Below are positions 1 through 13,143 of a stretch of DNA of 64,000 nt, in pieces. Source of the stretch: a virus; the IMG/VR virus record IMGVR_UViG_3300009285_001996; one strand, 5' to 3'. Both the position numbers and the translations under genes were made by a program. Numbering within the stretch: position 1 is the stretch's first letter; every line of letters starts with the position of its first letter. The notes beneath the pieces were generated by a model that worked only from the letters and a program-made list of their open reading frames with translations, searched no databases and was not told where the DNA came from.

Positions 1-2120
1 GGCGGTCTTGCGTCTGATAGTGTTTAGTCAGTGAAAAACAAGGAATAAAAAATGAAAGAATCTGTGAAAATTAGTGCAAGTGAAAATCTAGTGAAAATTC
101 AAATGGTCATCACCCATAGGGGGTTGTGGGCTTTGCGTCACGCATTAGAAGCGTACAATAGCGATGTTGGTAATGATCTCCTCGCTATGATCGAGAGGGC
201 GGCTGATAGCGGGAGAGTCCCAAATAAACGATCAGAAGATATAGATATAATGCAGGAGTGGGGCTAAAATTCTCTTGCGTTATTGCCGATAGGTGGTAGA
301 ATACAGGAGTAAAGACAAACCAAAACTAAGAGAATGGGGAGCAGGACAATGGACAAAAAGTGTACAGATTGTGAAATCGTGTTGTCTAGCATTTACGCAC
401 ATACGCCCGATAACAAAAGAGTGTGTAGGGAGTGTGCGGGGGCACGAATTAGGGCGGAAATGGTTAAGAGCGGTAGAATCACACTCTATCTAATCTTCAG
501 ACCCCAAGAAGTACCCGACTATCAAAAAGGGGTACATTACAGAAATCGAGGCTGGTACGTGACCGATTGGGCAGGTTCCCCATCTATGGTTTTTCCTGCT
601 ACAATACACAAGGGTCGGCACAACATAGCACGCACACGGTATGATGCTTGGTTTCGCGGTCCTGATGGGTATATATGGCATGGATTACAGTATGGGGAAA
701 ATACCCAGATTTGCCATTGTCGGCGGACTAACAGAAAATAAGCTAAAAGCGATTGCACATTTAACCTATGAGGTATAAAATGAGTAATACCCCACTAGAT
801 AAATTTGACGAAATATTAGAGGTGATAAATAATGACGAAATAGTCGTAATGGACATATACGATTTTTATTCACAAGATGACGGTCTTTTAGGGGACCAAA
901 CAATTAGAAATCTAGAATATTTTGCTGATTGTATCAATCGCCTATTAGATTTAGCGTATACGAAAAAGAGTGAGCGTTAACCAAATCACGGAGGGTACTC
1001 CAATGGGTGAATTAACCGATGTATTAATTGAATGCCATATAATCGCGGATATCCGAAAACGGATAAACTGCCGATCTATGGTATATCAGGCGGAATTAAA
1101 GGAAAGGGTAGCCCTACACAATAGCTTACCCTTTAACACCTATTTCCTTCTGCCATATCCTGAGTGGGAACCTATTATGGATGAATATCTGAAAGGTATA
1201 CTATGACACTTGAACAAGCTGTAAAATGGTGTTCTGATAGGGAAGTCAAAATTGATATAGAAGGAGGGAGGGGAGTCTGTTATGTAGCAATCCGCCCAAT
1301 CTATACCCCATCGGTATGGATGTCCCAAAAACACAATATTTCCCCAATCATCGCATTTCTAGAGGCGGTTGAGGCAGCGGTGGTAATGAGTAAGGAAATT
1401 GATGGAGAATAAACGATGACGACCCTATTAGAGAATGTTAGGGAGAAAGTATCTGCGCCTCTATCAACCCGTATACTAGCGGCGCGAATAGCAAATAGTG
1501 GGGTGGTTAGAGTGTCGGCATTAGAACTAGTGGAAATTTGTCAACTATTTACGCGAAGCGCGGAAACCAATTCACAGATTGTCACTAGAACTACACCCCG
1601 ATGGAAGGGTGGGGCGAAAAATCCCGTGGTTGCCATTTTGGCAGACCCCAAAACGGTTGTTAAAGTCAGTAGATATAATTGTAATCTAGGTATATGGTCC
1701 GCCCACGTCAACAGGCAAACCACCCGTGAGGGGTTAGATGTGCCCCCCTATGAACCGTTGCCCCCCAACGGTAAGGAGTATATGGGAGATTCCCCCGTTA
1801 TGGTGGGTACTAATACGGGTGAATTTTATTTATCGGTCATACCCATAGGCTGGTGGTCGGAAACCGCCTACTTTACTGATACTAACCTTTCCCTGCCAAA
1901 TTTGCATAGCGAGGAGTATAAATGGGAGGGTGTAGGTAGGGCGGCTCGGGAAACTGGAATTGAGAAAGTCCCGTCAATTAGAACTCCCAATTTTGCCAAC
2001 ATCGTTCAACTGGCTCCCTGGGGTCGTGGCAGTGATGGTAGGTTTGTGCCTTGTGAGATGGTTTTCGTGGTTGGCGCCAATAAAATTTTGGAAAAACATG
2101 GAAATCGGTAAAGAATTCTT

Positions 2121-2148
2121 TTGCAATTTCCGATAACCATGCTATAAT
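2121..2148 (+). promoter_or_regulatory. sigma70-type promoter
   Basis: TTGCAA-16 bp-TATAAT upstream of 2209 ORF. Confidence 0.65.
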
Positions 2149-2208
2149 AAAAGAGTGAGAGGGGCAAACGCCCAGTTTTTCTAAACCCTATTTTGAGGAG
2201 CCACGATC

Positions 2209-2514
2209 ATGGCAAAGCAAAGTGACGGTAAGGCGACGACAACGGTTGAAAAGCCCAAGCGCAAATTTGTGCCCAATAAGGATTTTGTCCTTTGTTGGGA
2301 GGAACACAACGGCGATCCTATCAAGGTATCGTCAATTCTGGGGATCAACCCCCTAAGTGCCCGAATGAGGGCCAAGAAGATGCGAGGACTTGGATACCCC
2401 GTTTGTGAACCCGTGAACCTCCCCCGAGGGCGCAAACTCACCCCCGAAGTCGTGTCGGCTGAAATCGCCGAACTGAAAAAGCTGTTGCGTGAGCGAAGCA
2501 AGGCGAAAGCCTAG
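2209..2514 (+). CDS. small basic putative DNA-binding protein, paralogue of 12859-13056
   Basis: GAGGAG RBS; FVLCWEEHNGD...AKKMRGLGYPVCE aligns with FIDVWNKHSGD...AENLRKLDYPICD. Confidence 0.55.
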   Translation: MAKQSDGKATTTVEKPKRKFVPNKDFVLCWEEHNGDPIKVSSILGINPLSARMRAKKMRGLGYPVCEPVNLPRGRKLTPEVVSAEIAELKKLLRERSKAKA

Positions 2515-2524
2515 AGCGTTAAAT

Positions 2525-2640
2525 TATCTAGGATATTCCCTTCTCCTTACCAAAAACTGAGTAGACCGTAAATCATATCGGTCGGTAGGGGGTAACAAGC
2601 TATTACCCATAGGGTAGGGCGGGGATGAATGTCTTAGATA
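2525..2640 (+). ncRNA. candidate structured RNA (three-way junction)
   Basis: TATCTAGGATATTC/GAATGTCTTAGATA closing stem; inner stems GACCG/CGGTC and GGGTAA/TTACCC. Confidence 0.45.
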
Positions 2641-3132
2641 CTACGGTTGAACCTTTACTATGGAGATTGAACGATGGTTAAGAAAAACACGATTGTGCAA
2701 TACAAGGGCGGTGGGTATGACGGTTGTTTTTGGGAATGGAATTATGCCTACTACGATCATGATGGGTTATTCCATAATCTAGTATCTAGTGGGCGTAACG
2801 GGTGTTCTACCGAAGAAGAATTGGAGGAATATATCCACAGGGTTGACAGTGGCAATTCCTATTACGAGTATGATCTATATTGCTTAGATGATGAAAAAGA
2901 ATTAAACCGATTCGGAAAAGAGACTCCTATTAGTCATTTAATTCACGTGGCTAACGCTATTAATAATATCAATGAAGATTGTGATATTAAAGTTGCCTGT
3001 GATCGTTGTGAAAAAATAGTGCCAGTAGTTAGTGCGGTGGGAGTGGGTCCGCACGGTATCGGAGGCATCGCAATGGAGTATGGGGATATAGTTTGTGAGG
3101 AGTGTATTGACAATAACGATCTAGATGAGTAA

Positions 3133-3270
3133 CCCCCGAGGTATCCCCGCGCGGGGCATAAGTCGCGTTCCCCATCGCGCCGCCCCAGCGGGGATTTTTC
3201 ACACCCGTAAGGGTGGTCTAGCCCAACATAGGTAATCTGGCTATCATGGCTTATAGTCAGCGAGGGCGAT
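3133..3270 (+). ncRNA. candidate GC-rich structured intergenic RNA
   Basis: ATCCCCGC/GCGGGGAT stem, CACCC-GTAA-GGGTG GNRA hairpin, CTGGCTAT/ATAGTCAG hairpin. Confidence 0.4.
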
Positions 3271-3302
3271 GTAACGGTTCTAGTTTGTCGAACAAAAAAA
3301 AT

Positions 3303-3330
3303 TTGACAAAAACATAGAATGTGGTATAAT
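3303..3330 (+). promoter_or_regulatory. sigma70-type promoter
   Basis: TTGACA-16 bp-TATAAT with TG extended -10. Confidence 0.8.
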
Positions 3331-4185
3331 AAGGGGGTGAACCCTTGGGAAAAATTAGGAGATTGAACTATGACCAGAAAACATTTCAAGGCATTGGCCG
3401 AAGCAATCGCTACCATTAAGAATAAAACCGAACGAGAAAGGGTAGCAGTATTGATTGCTGGAGTTTGTCGAGATTCTAACCCCAATTTTAACAGTGGGGT
3501 TTTCTACAAGGCTTGTCAATTAACATGCCAACATGGGGGAATATGTCATGTGGATTAAAGTGTGGTGGTTTGGCAACGAAGAATGGGCCTGGCAACCATC
3601 TGCCGATCTTATTCCTTTTCTCTGGAAAGAAGGAGAGTTGTCCGATGGGCAGATATGGGCGCAAATTTCTGAAGATGGACCTCTACGCCCCTTAACCCCA
3701 GCATCAGGAATATGTGAATGAAAAAACCCTTTCCAGTTGACCGCTCAAAGCTAGAATCCGCTATCACCACGGCGGAAAGTAATGGAGGGCTACCTAACAT
3801 AACATTACTTTGTCAGGTAGTAGCCGAATTGTATAATGCCAATAATCCCCCAAGGGTGATTACACACTCTGTTGTCGGATTACGAATAAGGGAATGGGGC
3901 ATCTCTATTAAAACGATCAAAGGAAAGAGGGGTAGGGTAAGTGATAGCCCCACCAATAGCGATTGTAAACCCAAAGGAAACCGTCTATCCGAATCCGTCT
4001 TACAAACACTACATAGGGATGTGCCCCTTCGATTCCATCCCGTGATAGAACGTCTAAATAAGGGCAGTAGGTCGGCAGCGGTCAAGCTGAAGTGCCTAGA
4101 ATGCAGTGGGTGGCAAACTTCGGAAGTCGCCAAGTGCGTATGTCCTGACTGTCCACTTTTCTCATTTCGACCATACAAGCGAATT

Positions 4186-4221
4186 GCCCCAAATTAGCAT
4201 TGTGCTAGTTGTGGGGTTTTT
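4186..4221 (+). terminator. intrinsic terminator
   Basis: GCCCCAAATTAGCA/TGCTAGTTGTGGGGT hairpin followed by T run. Confidence 0.55.
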
Positions 4222-4254
4222 CTGTTTACAACTCTTAACTTAAGGGATTTAATT

Positions 4255-4701
4255 ATGCGTAATGAAGTAAACAATTCTGCCGACGTTATTGATTCGCGGG
4301 ATGTTATTGCGAGAATCGACGAATTGGCGAAAGAGCTACAAGAATATTACTCAAAGGAACGTGAATTTGAGGACTCCGACCTACCTTTTAACGAATGGAT
4401 AGAAGAGACTGCCGATGACGATAAGGCAATCATGCAAGAGGAGGCTATCGAATACCTAACCCTGACATCCCTAGCAGAAGAATGTGAGGGGATAGCTTCA
4501 GACTGGAGTTATGGCGAAACTCTCATTCGAGAAAGCTACTGGGAGGATTATTGTCGAGAATTAGTATCGGATATTGGAGACTTGCCAAGAGACTTTCCAT
4601 CCTATATCGTTATTGATTGGGAAGCTACCGCCGAAAATTTGCTGACAGATTACTCATCGGTTGAGTTTGACGGAGAAACCTATTATATTAGGTCGTGCTA
4701 A
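4255..4701 (+). CDS. ArdA-like acidic antirestriction protein
   Basis: very acidic; C-terminal YIVIDWEATAENLLTDYSSVEFDGETYYIR resembles ArdA C-terminal motif. Confidence 0.55.
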   Translation: MRNEVNNSADVIDSRDVIARIDELAKELQEYYSKEREFEDSDLPFNEWIEETADDDKAIMQEEAIEYLTLTSLAEECEGIASDWSYGETLIRESYWEDYCRELVSDIGDLPRDFPSYIVIDWEATAENLLTDYSSVEFDGETYYIRSC

Positions 4702-5626
4702 CCACTAACCTATGGAGGCACTATGGCAAGATTTATAGGCTCACAATATCGGGAAACCCTAGAGGAGGCGGAATACCGAGTACATGAATTGCGCAACGAT
4801 GGAACCGCCATTCTAGATGGTGGTGGTAATCTGGAGTTGTGGCAAGCCAATGATGACTATGCTGGTTTCGTGGTGGAAATCAACGGAGTCGGGTACGAAT
4901 TTGTAAGTGAGATAATCAATAACGATTAACAGGGTAGGTATCTCGTTATGGGACACTATCACTATAATTATGAGGAATGGTGCGAGGATTGTCTGCCGGT
5001 CAGTCCAGCCGAGGCGGACTGGGATGATGGGGAACAAGATACACCCGCAAATTGCTCTTGTTGCGGTCGCCCACTCGATTACACACTTACAACTGACGGC
5101 GTTAATTATGTAATTGAACAACTGTGTATAGTCATGTCAACAGGGATAGACACCCATATAATCCCAAATATGGGGACTGCTGAAGAGGAGTGTCTTACCT
5201 ACTATCACGGTATGCCTCACTATGAGATTATGAGAGATTGGGCAAGGGATTTATCAAACTATTTCCTGAACCCTGAAGATCAGGAAATCGTGGGTTATTT
5301 TCTCAATGAGTGTAATAAACTAAATAGTAAACTACGAAAGTAGGAGGTGTAATTATGGAAACCCCCAGAGTAATTATTAGGGTGGTTGATGGTAAGATAG
5401 CAGAAATCCGTTCTAACACGACCATCGTATCGGTAGCAGTAATTGATCTTGAAAAAGAAGCTACTGTATCCGATGAAAGATTTTACCCTATTATGGGCAG
5501 CGCTTTGGATGATTGGGAAAATATGGCGTACACCCTAACTAAGATTGAACATCAACTAAACTAATGGATTAGTCTTGACTATTGGAGTTATGGTCGGTGT
5601 AAGTCAATTAGTATTGGAATTAAACC

Positions 5627-6271
5627 ATGCGCACAATTGAGAAGAAAGTCTATAGCTTCGCTGAACTTTTAGAAATAGAAAAGGCAGAGGGGGTATCGGG
5701 TAGGGTGGTCAATAAGGTAAGATCGTGGTTACAAAACGGAAATCTAGACTGGGATTGGTGGAGTTGTGTAACAGACGATTGGCAGGAAAGGTTAGGGAGG
5801 ATCGGATTTGTGGAGGCGAAAATTGAGTTTAGTGGGTTTGGTTCACAAGGGGATGGGGCGTCATTCACAAGCGAGATAGACCTAGAGAAATTGGCTGGAT
5901 TTTTCAGCGATGCAAATTACGGGGATAAGGATATACAATCAATTCCCCGCTCTATTAACCCGCAATATGGGCGACTATCCACATTAGAATATTACGTCTA
6001 TTCTAGGGTTGTGCGAACTTCTCATCAATATTCACACGAAAATACTTGTCAGGTAGAAATATATCTTGATAATAGAAATGGTAAAGGAGTAGCCGTCCTA
6101 TTATCCCATCTGGAAAATGACGCCCAATCTCTGAGGCTGCGACTCTGTAGATCAATCTATCACGATCTACAATCTGAGTATGATTATCGTTGTTCTGACG
6201 AATGCCTAGTTGACTTCGCGGAAGCCAATCAATACACATTCGATATTCACGGTCATCCAGAATTTTCATAA
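5627..6271 (+). CDS. conserved phage hypothetical protein
   Basis: 214 aa ORF with FSGFGSQGDGASF motif typical of phage early proteins. Confidence 0.5.
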   Translation: MRTIEKKVYSFAELLEIEKAEGVSGRVVNKVRSWLQNGNLDWDWWSCVTDDWQERLGRIGFVEAKIEFSGFGSQGDGASFTSEIDLEKLAGFFSDANYGDKDIQSIPRSINPQYGRLSTLEYYVYSRVVRTSHQYSHENTCQVEIYLDNRNGKGVAVLLSHLENDAQSLRLRLCRSIYHDLQSEYDYRCSDECLVDFAEANQYTFDIHGHPEFS

Positions 6272-6878
6272 TGCCCGTTACTAAAGGCGGACTCGCTAAA
6301 GTGTTGATAATTCTAGAGCGTATGCGTTACCCTTTGAATGTCTTACCCAACCCTTGCGGTCTATAGTCTGGCAGAGTGGCGTAGTCAGCGAATTGGTGGG
6401 CGGTGGCTTGTAGTTATTGGTTTTGCATAAAATTACATTAAAATAATCAGGCGACCACCAAAAGGTAGTCTAGTACGTCCAGTGTTATTTATTCCAAAAC
6501 AATTCTATTTAATAAATTACCCAATTTAACAGTCTGAGAATATTTTCGGGAAAATTTTTATTTTGTTGATTTACCTCAAAACTGGTTTTTGGTAGTATTA
6601 AGCACGAGGGAGATGTATATAAGAAAGGAAAATCGAGAACGAAATGGTAGTGTATTAACTGTTGAGTTAGTAAAAACTAAAGGTAGTAACAAAAGAAACG
6701 AATAGTTACTATTGATTCTTATTGCTTACTAATAATCAGACTTGAGGGGGCTGGACTATGAGACATGCCCACATTCTCCATTTAGCCTAATCTATGGAGA
6801 TTCCCTACCTCGCCCCCCTTATAACTTCCCTGCTATAAAGTATTTTCAAGAAAAATGAAGGCGTGGGAAATAAAACAT

Positions 6879-6906
6879 TTGACAAAATTCTGGAATATGT
6901 TAAAAT
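6879..6906 (+). promoter_or_regulatory. sigma70-type promoter
   Basis: TTGACA-16 bp-TAAAAT. Confidence 0.65.
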
Positions 6907-7235
6907 TGGGGAATTGACCGACCGATTATCTAAACTGGGGAGTCCCCCTATCTAACAAAATTGGAGTCTGCACATGAAAGTCAGATTTTTGTGCGATTGC
7001 GAAATCGAGGTTTGTGAGTCTTACGACGAAGAAAACGATACTGGGGAGTATTCTAATGGGGTGTTTTTGACTGGCGACGAAACCGAATTCGATATTATAG
7101 ACCATCCACTAAAGTTAGATAATAAAGAAATGGTATTTGTTGATGACCCTGAGTTGGTAAACGTGCAATTCCCCAGTGGCGGAATAGCGTGTTGTGTGTC
7201 GAGAGGATGGTTTGAGGTAATAGAGGAATAATATT

Positions 7236-7604
7236 GTGGATGCCAACATTCAATCATTTGTGAACGCATACATAGAGTGTGCATTGTGGGTATCTACCGA
7301 CGATACCGACGACCCACTAGATAAGAACTACATTCCAGAAGATATCTCTCCTGATTCCTTTGCTAAAATAGTGGAGGAATGCGAGCAATTTTGCAGGAGA
7401 AATAAGGAGGATATTGAGGGTGGGTTAGGATATGAGCGGGCTGGACACGATTTTTGGTTAACCCGTAATCATCACGGGGATGGGTTTTGGGATAAAGATT
7501 GGGGGTGGGAAGAGGAAGTGGGTGATAGACTAACCGAAAACGCCCAAGCGTTTGATAGTTGTTATTTATATGTGGGAGATGATGGTCTAATTTACATTTT
7601 CTAA
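7236..7604 (+). CDS. conserved acidic phage protein
   Basis: AGHDFWLTRNHHGDGFWD motif recurrent in phage early proteins. Confidence 0.5.
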   Translation: MDANIQSFVNAYIECALWVSTDDTDDPLDKNYIPEDISPDSFAKIVEECEQFCRRNKEDIEGGLGYERAGHDFWLTRNHHGDGFWDKDWGWEEEVGDRLTENAQAFDSCYLYVGDDGLIYIF

Positions 7605-10600
7605 ACATGGGTAATTTAACGATTAGAAAACTAATTTCCACCCTATTATCTTCCTGCCAAAATATTGATGATGAATGTGTGGTTAAAATTATGAAACGAG
7701 AACCAACATTAAATGGCATAATCGAAACGGCTAGTTTACCAATTCGGCATATTAACGGAATTAATAATAGTATTTGTGTAGAAGATAGCGAGATTGTTTT
7801 TGTGCCATATTAACAAGGAATTATGTTATGGTATTGATTATTAAACTATGGGAATTTTTATGGAATAATAAAGGCAAGTATTTAGGTATCGAGTTTGTAT
7901 ATGAAGAATGGGAGATAACATAAGGAAAATTATATGTCCAGAACATATTACAAAGTGGTAGATGCTTATCTCTATTCGGCTAGAACAAAAAATGACGGTT
8001 GGGAAACAAAATATAAAATAGGAGAATTTGTATCACCACCATTTGGTAAGTCATTTATTTTTAGAACACTAAAAGCCGCCAAAGAGTTTAGATCATTTTT
8101 TTGTAGGGAAAAAATATTTCGAGTTGAAGCCAAAAGAGTATCTAAATATGGGGCGTTTGTGCGTCCTTGTTTTGATTTTGAGGAAAATGCGTTGTCAAAA
8201 TGGAATATATTTTACACAATAAAACGAAGAATCGTCAAGCCTAAAAATATATGTTACTTTATGGAATATGGTTTACCAGATGATACATTGTTTGCAGATG
8301 CAATTATGCTAATTAAAGAAGTGTGTCCAATATGTTAGAATTACTAACTACTGAACAATTGCGCAGAATGGCTTGTACGTCTAGCCACAAAATCCACTCA
8401 CTTATTAACGATGCTATCCCCAAAGGGGCAACGGAGGCACTTGCTCATAGTATTGTTTACTATCACCTAAATCCCGATCCCAACCCTAATAGGTGGTTGG
8501 AGCATATCCCGCTGACTTCCGATGTTGCCATGTTGTGTGCCGAATTTTTTTATGCCGCCCTTTGTAAAGAAGAAAGTGAGCGCATATTAAGGGAGAGGAA
8601 AGCGGTGGAAGATAACATTAAGTAAATACTGACCCTTCCCCTTTCAAAGGAATTGCCAACATGAGAACTACACAGTTTATCGGTCTGACCAAATTGGGAA
8701 GTGATTTTATCGCAAGGTTAACTTCCCTGCCATCCGATTCCCACACAATTGGTCTGTCGTTAGAAGAAATCTCACTTAGAAAATGGGATTTGCCAGACTG
8801 GCTAAATCATAATTCAGCGGAGGGAGAAAAATGTATTAGAGAGGTGGTACAAGTATGTCCGTGGTCGAGCGGTCCCATGATATTTACTTGCTTAGAAATC
8901 GACTTTGGAAAAGGTTTCAAGCAACGGTGTTTTGAGTGGATAAACGACCCGACTGTTAAAAATGAGTACGATTACGATGGTGGGAGAATGTGGGTATGAC
9001 TGACAATGATTGGATTGCTGTGAGTCAAGAAAGGCTGCTGATGGAACAAATTAACAAAAGATAAAACAAGGAATAATATCATGGATGTTGGTGAATATAA
9101 GAATCTAGGTCTTATGAATGGGTGGGCTGATAATACCCCCCAAGAATACAGAGAATGCGTTAAGTTGGGACATACCCACATACAAACTCGACAATATAAA
9201 CCACATGAACATTGGCGAGAGTTCTGTTGTACGATTTGTAGGTTTGTATATGAGGTGGATAGTTCAGGTTAGATACAACCATATTTAATAGGGCGCGAAT
9301 GTCCTACTTAATTCAAGGAAATTGATCGTGATTACAACGACAGAAATAGTAAAAATAAAAAGGTGTAAACTATGAAATGGGAATTGGCAGGAAAAATTGG
9401 TGAGGCGACTGGTCGAATTGCAGAAGTAAGAGTTGTATTTATTAAGGATATGTGGGAGGGTTTCCACAATGACGATTAACCAATGTGAAAAAATTACCCA
9501 AGACCTTATGGTGGAAAATTGCGACAACGATATTGTTTTCGATCTATGCGGACCCAGCGGTGTTAAAAAGTGTAAATGGTTAGACCCATATATGGGATTA
9601 TTTCAGGTTGATGGGTCTAGTAGTTTTATGATGGTGTCAGATATTATGTTTATGGATGTATGGTGTGAAAATATCAGATTAAACGAAGGATAATAGTATA
9701 TGCAAATTTCCATATGTGAAAGTTAAACTGGTTGGTAGTAATGGTAATGCGTTTGCAATTTTAGGTAAGGTGCAATTAGCTATGAAAAAGGCTGGCGTTA
9801 GCAAAGAGGATATAGATAAATTCATGGAGGAAGCTATGAGTGATGATTATGACCACCTTTTACAAGTGTGTATGGAAACCGTGAATGTGTCATAGGGGAA
9901 TTTATGATGTGTGTGCGTAGAGCGTGACTAGAAAATTTAATACAATGAAAATTACCAATACTATAATTGCTATCGTTTGCGACTCCATAATGCTTATTAT
10001 GTGTATATACGGTATTTACCGAATTTCGGCACATAACCAGTTTTTAAGTGAACGTAATTTGTTTTTGGAAGTTAAACTAAACACTAAGTAAGGAGTTATG
10101 AAAATGCCAATCAGACTTGCTAATACCGCGAGAGAAATTGATGTCAGAAACCTTAAAGATGGACAAATTGGTGTTATTACAAAATGGACAACTAGAGAAT
10201 ATTTTGGTAGAATAGTGCAAAGAATGAATAATAGTTTAATAACTATTGGAAAATCTGGAAATAATTCATGGAGTGACTTTTATAACGTGACTATGCCTAC
10301 TAATTGTTTTGTTAGAGTGTTAGAAAACGGTGAACTAATCGAAGTAATAGATAACCAGTAAGGAGTTTTAACATGGGAGTTGGAACCGATTACGGCATGG
10401 GCGAATCCAACATTGATAAAGAGACGGGAATTAGGTATGGGGTGATACCTGAAATAGATGTGTTGGAGGCTTGGAGTTGTGATAGTGATCCCTATTATGG
10501 AGAGTCACAGTGTCCAGATTGTAATAGTGAGAGTCTAACACCAACAGATCATGGATATTTATGTAATAATTGCGAAATGGAATGGGATGATGAAGACGTA

Positions 10601-11665
10601 TTTAGCAATGAGCCATTGTCGTGGTGTCTCGACAAAGGTGGTTATATTGCCCAGTGTGACACTTATGGTGACATATTTGTAATAAAAAGTCCATACTATA
10701 CTCACGCCCAATTTTGTAGTCCGTGTGATCCAGGAGCGGGACATCTTCAAAACCCAATGGAAGACGGTGTAAAAACCTACTGTTTTGACCCTAGTTGGTT
10801 TATGCCAGTAGATGACGGTGAAATAACGGGCGAGTTTGATGGTGAGCCTACTTCCTGCCCATATCCAGTATACAAAGTAGATAGCGGTGAATGTGTATTT
10901 AAGCCAATAAGGTAAGGAGCAGAGATATGTTAGATATCGAGAAAGAGCTAAAACGGGCGAACGAAGTCTATGCCAAGTGCGATAGTCTCAACCATGAATT
11001 GTGGCAAAAATGGTTGAGGACTGGTTATAAATTACATGTGGCTGACAGCTATCTTATTACCCACTCTACTAACATCCTCCTACAAAAAGCAATTTACCGC
11101 AATGGTGTAAAATTATTTTTTGTGAACGCGTGGGTTTATGTTACAGATCAAGAGCCTCATATCGGGATAAGTCTTATGCCTGAATGTCAATTTAATACGC
11201 ACGTTGGGCAAGAACCCGCCTTCAGTGTAACCTATATGGGTAATACAGATAGTCCTACCATAATAGAATACTTCTTTATTGAAACCTATGATAAAATGGA
11301 CTGTAAACCTGAAGATTAAACGTTAGATACCTACTCTAGTGGGGGTTTTTTATGATAAGAGATATATTTGTAACATATAACGATGCATTAGACCCAATAA
11401 TAGAAAGCCTTACACCCATAAAAGGGTTAATGGAGATTAAAGATTTGTCGATAGCAGCACCAATAGGGAGAGCAGATTATCTAGCTAAATTATATGAGCA
11501 AAAAATGCCCAGTGTAATTAATGGGCATGTGGATATTATGAGGGCGGGGTTTTCGCCATTTGATAAAAGGGGATTAAAAGAGGAGTTTCTACCCTGTGCG
11601 GGGGGGCGTCATGCACAAGAATGGAGTACGGAACTAGAATAGATTTTATTTTTTCTGTAGTCCAC

Positions 11666-11693
11666 TTGACACTTTCTGTTGATTATGTATAAT
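11666..11693 (+). promoter_or_regulatory. sigma70-type promoter
   Basis: TTGACA-16 bp-TATAAT. Confidence 0.8.
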
Positions 11694-11758
11694 CAATGTA
11701 GAAAGGGGTGAGTGTCGCCCTTATTTGTGAATAACCGTTTTGCATAAGAGGTGCCGCT

Positions 11759-12175
11759 ATGGTCAATACACAAGATAAAGATTTGCGGGAAATCCAGCGT
11801 AAGCTAGTAAGCGAGGAAAAAGTCTTAGAAGGGGCTAAATCCCGTTTACAGGAGCAAGAAGGTAGGGTACAAGCCACTCGTACTCAGTTAGAACAGATCA
11901 TTAGAGATTTGGGTGGACAACTAGGTCTCTCTATTAGGGAAGCCAGTAAGGTAATTAGGAAGCCTCGTGCTGAAAAATGGAGAATTGAGAAATTCCTATC
12001 ATTTATTATGAAGGCTCATCCTACCACAGAAGAGGCTCGTGCCCTTCTATCCAAATTTAAGGTTAGTCGTGCGACAGTCTATAAGTATGTGGTGGCGGAT
12101 ACAGACGGTAGATACATCTTGAATAAGGATGGCAAGAGAATGTTAGATAAGTTGATGGCTCAAAAACAAAATTAG
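11759..12175 (+). CDS. coiled-coil plus HTH-like protein
   Basis: N-terminal coiled coil; LSKFKVSRATVYKY HTH-like segment. Confidence 0.5.
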   Translation: MVNTQDKDLREIQRKLVSEEKVLEGAKSRLQEQEGRVQATRTQLEQIIRDLGGQLGLSIREASKVIRKPRAEKWRIEKFLSFIMKAHPTTEEARALLSKFKVSRATVYKYVVADTDGRYILNKDGKRMLDKLMAQKQN

Positions 12176-13074
12176 ACAACCCCCCACTAGGGGTAGGTAA
12201 TTTTATCAAAAATGATATTGACTTAACATAGGAACATCCCCTATAATCGGCAAAGTGAAATGCTTACCTCGGTTGATTTTTTCTAAGGGGAACCAGTAAG
12301 ATGCTAGTTAATCTACACGGAGGGATTATTGATGAACGGTTACAACAATTAGATCAAACAATAAAAACTATGAAAGTTCCAGCGTCATTAGGTGATGTCG
12401 AAATTTTACTACAAGCAAGAGAGTGTGTAAAAAACTGTAAAGGATGTGATGGGCATAAAACACTAATAATTCACGCTATAGAGATGGCGACTATCGTGCT
12501 ATACAAAGAGGTATTAGAAAAGGAAAAGTTTGAGAGAGCGATGGGCTAATTAGTTATAGGAGAAATAATATATGTTATGTTCAGAATTACGAATTGGTGA
12601 TAAAGTAGAGTTTATTTATAATAATGGGCAACACAGTGGGACTACAAGACATTTAGTTGTGGATTCGCTATATGACGACGACGATTTTGGAGGTTATGAA
12701 GAACTAGTGGCTTTAGGTGAATATCGCAGATTTAAGCCTAAATTTGTAGTTGATTTACGTTTTATTGGCGATAGATTGATAACAATAACACTTACACCAA
12801 AAGAATTAGAAATACTAAAATTAGCGATAGAGATAATGAATAATCATTGGAGTGGAAAATGATAGATAATGTAGAGTTTATAGATGTGTGGAACAAACAT
12901 AGTGGTGACACTAAAGGGGTATCTCTCGAATTAAGAATATCGGTTGAGTATGCTAAAGCTAAAGCGGAGAATCTACGCAAACTAGACTACCCTATTTGCG
13001 ATGAACTAGAAGCGGAATTTGCGGCTAGATTGCCCAATTTAACACAACCCATCTAAAAACCCCAAAAAAAACAT

Positions 13075-13102
13075 TTGACAAAATCCACAAACATGGTATA
13101 AT
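13075..13102 (+). promoter_or_regulatory. sigma70-type promoter
   Basis: TTGACA-16 bp-TATAAT with TG extended -10. Confidence 0.8.
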
Positions 13103-13143
13103 ACGGTTGGCGGGACGAAAATTACACAACAAAAAACTGGAGT

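Noticed and set aside
6363-6382. atagt ctggc agagt ggcgt pentamer-like run
   Set aside because: The register is lost after four units and there is no terminal hairpin.
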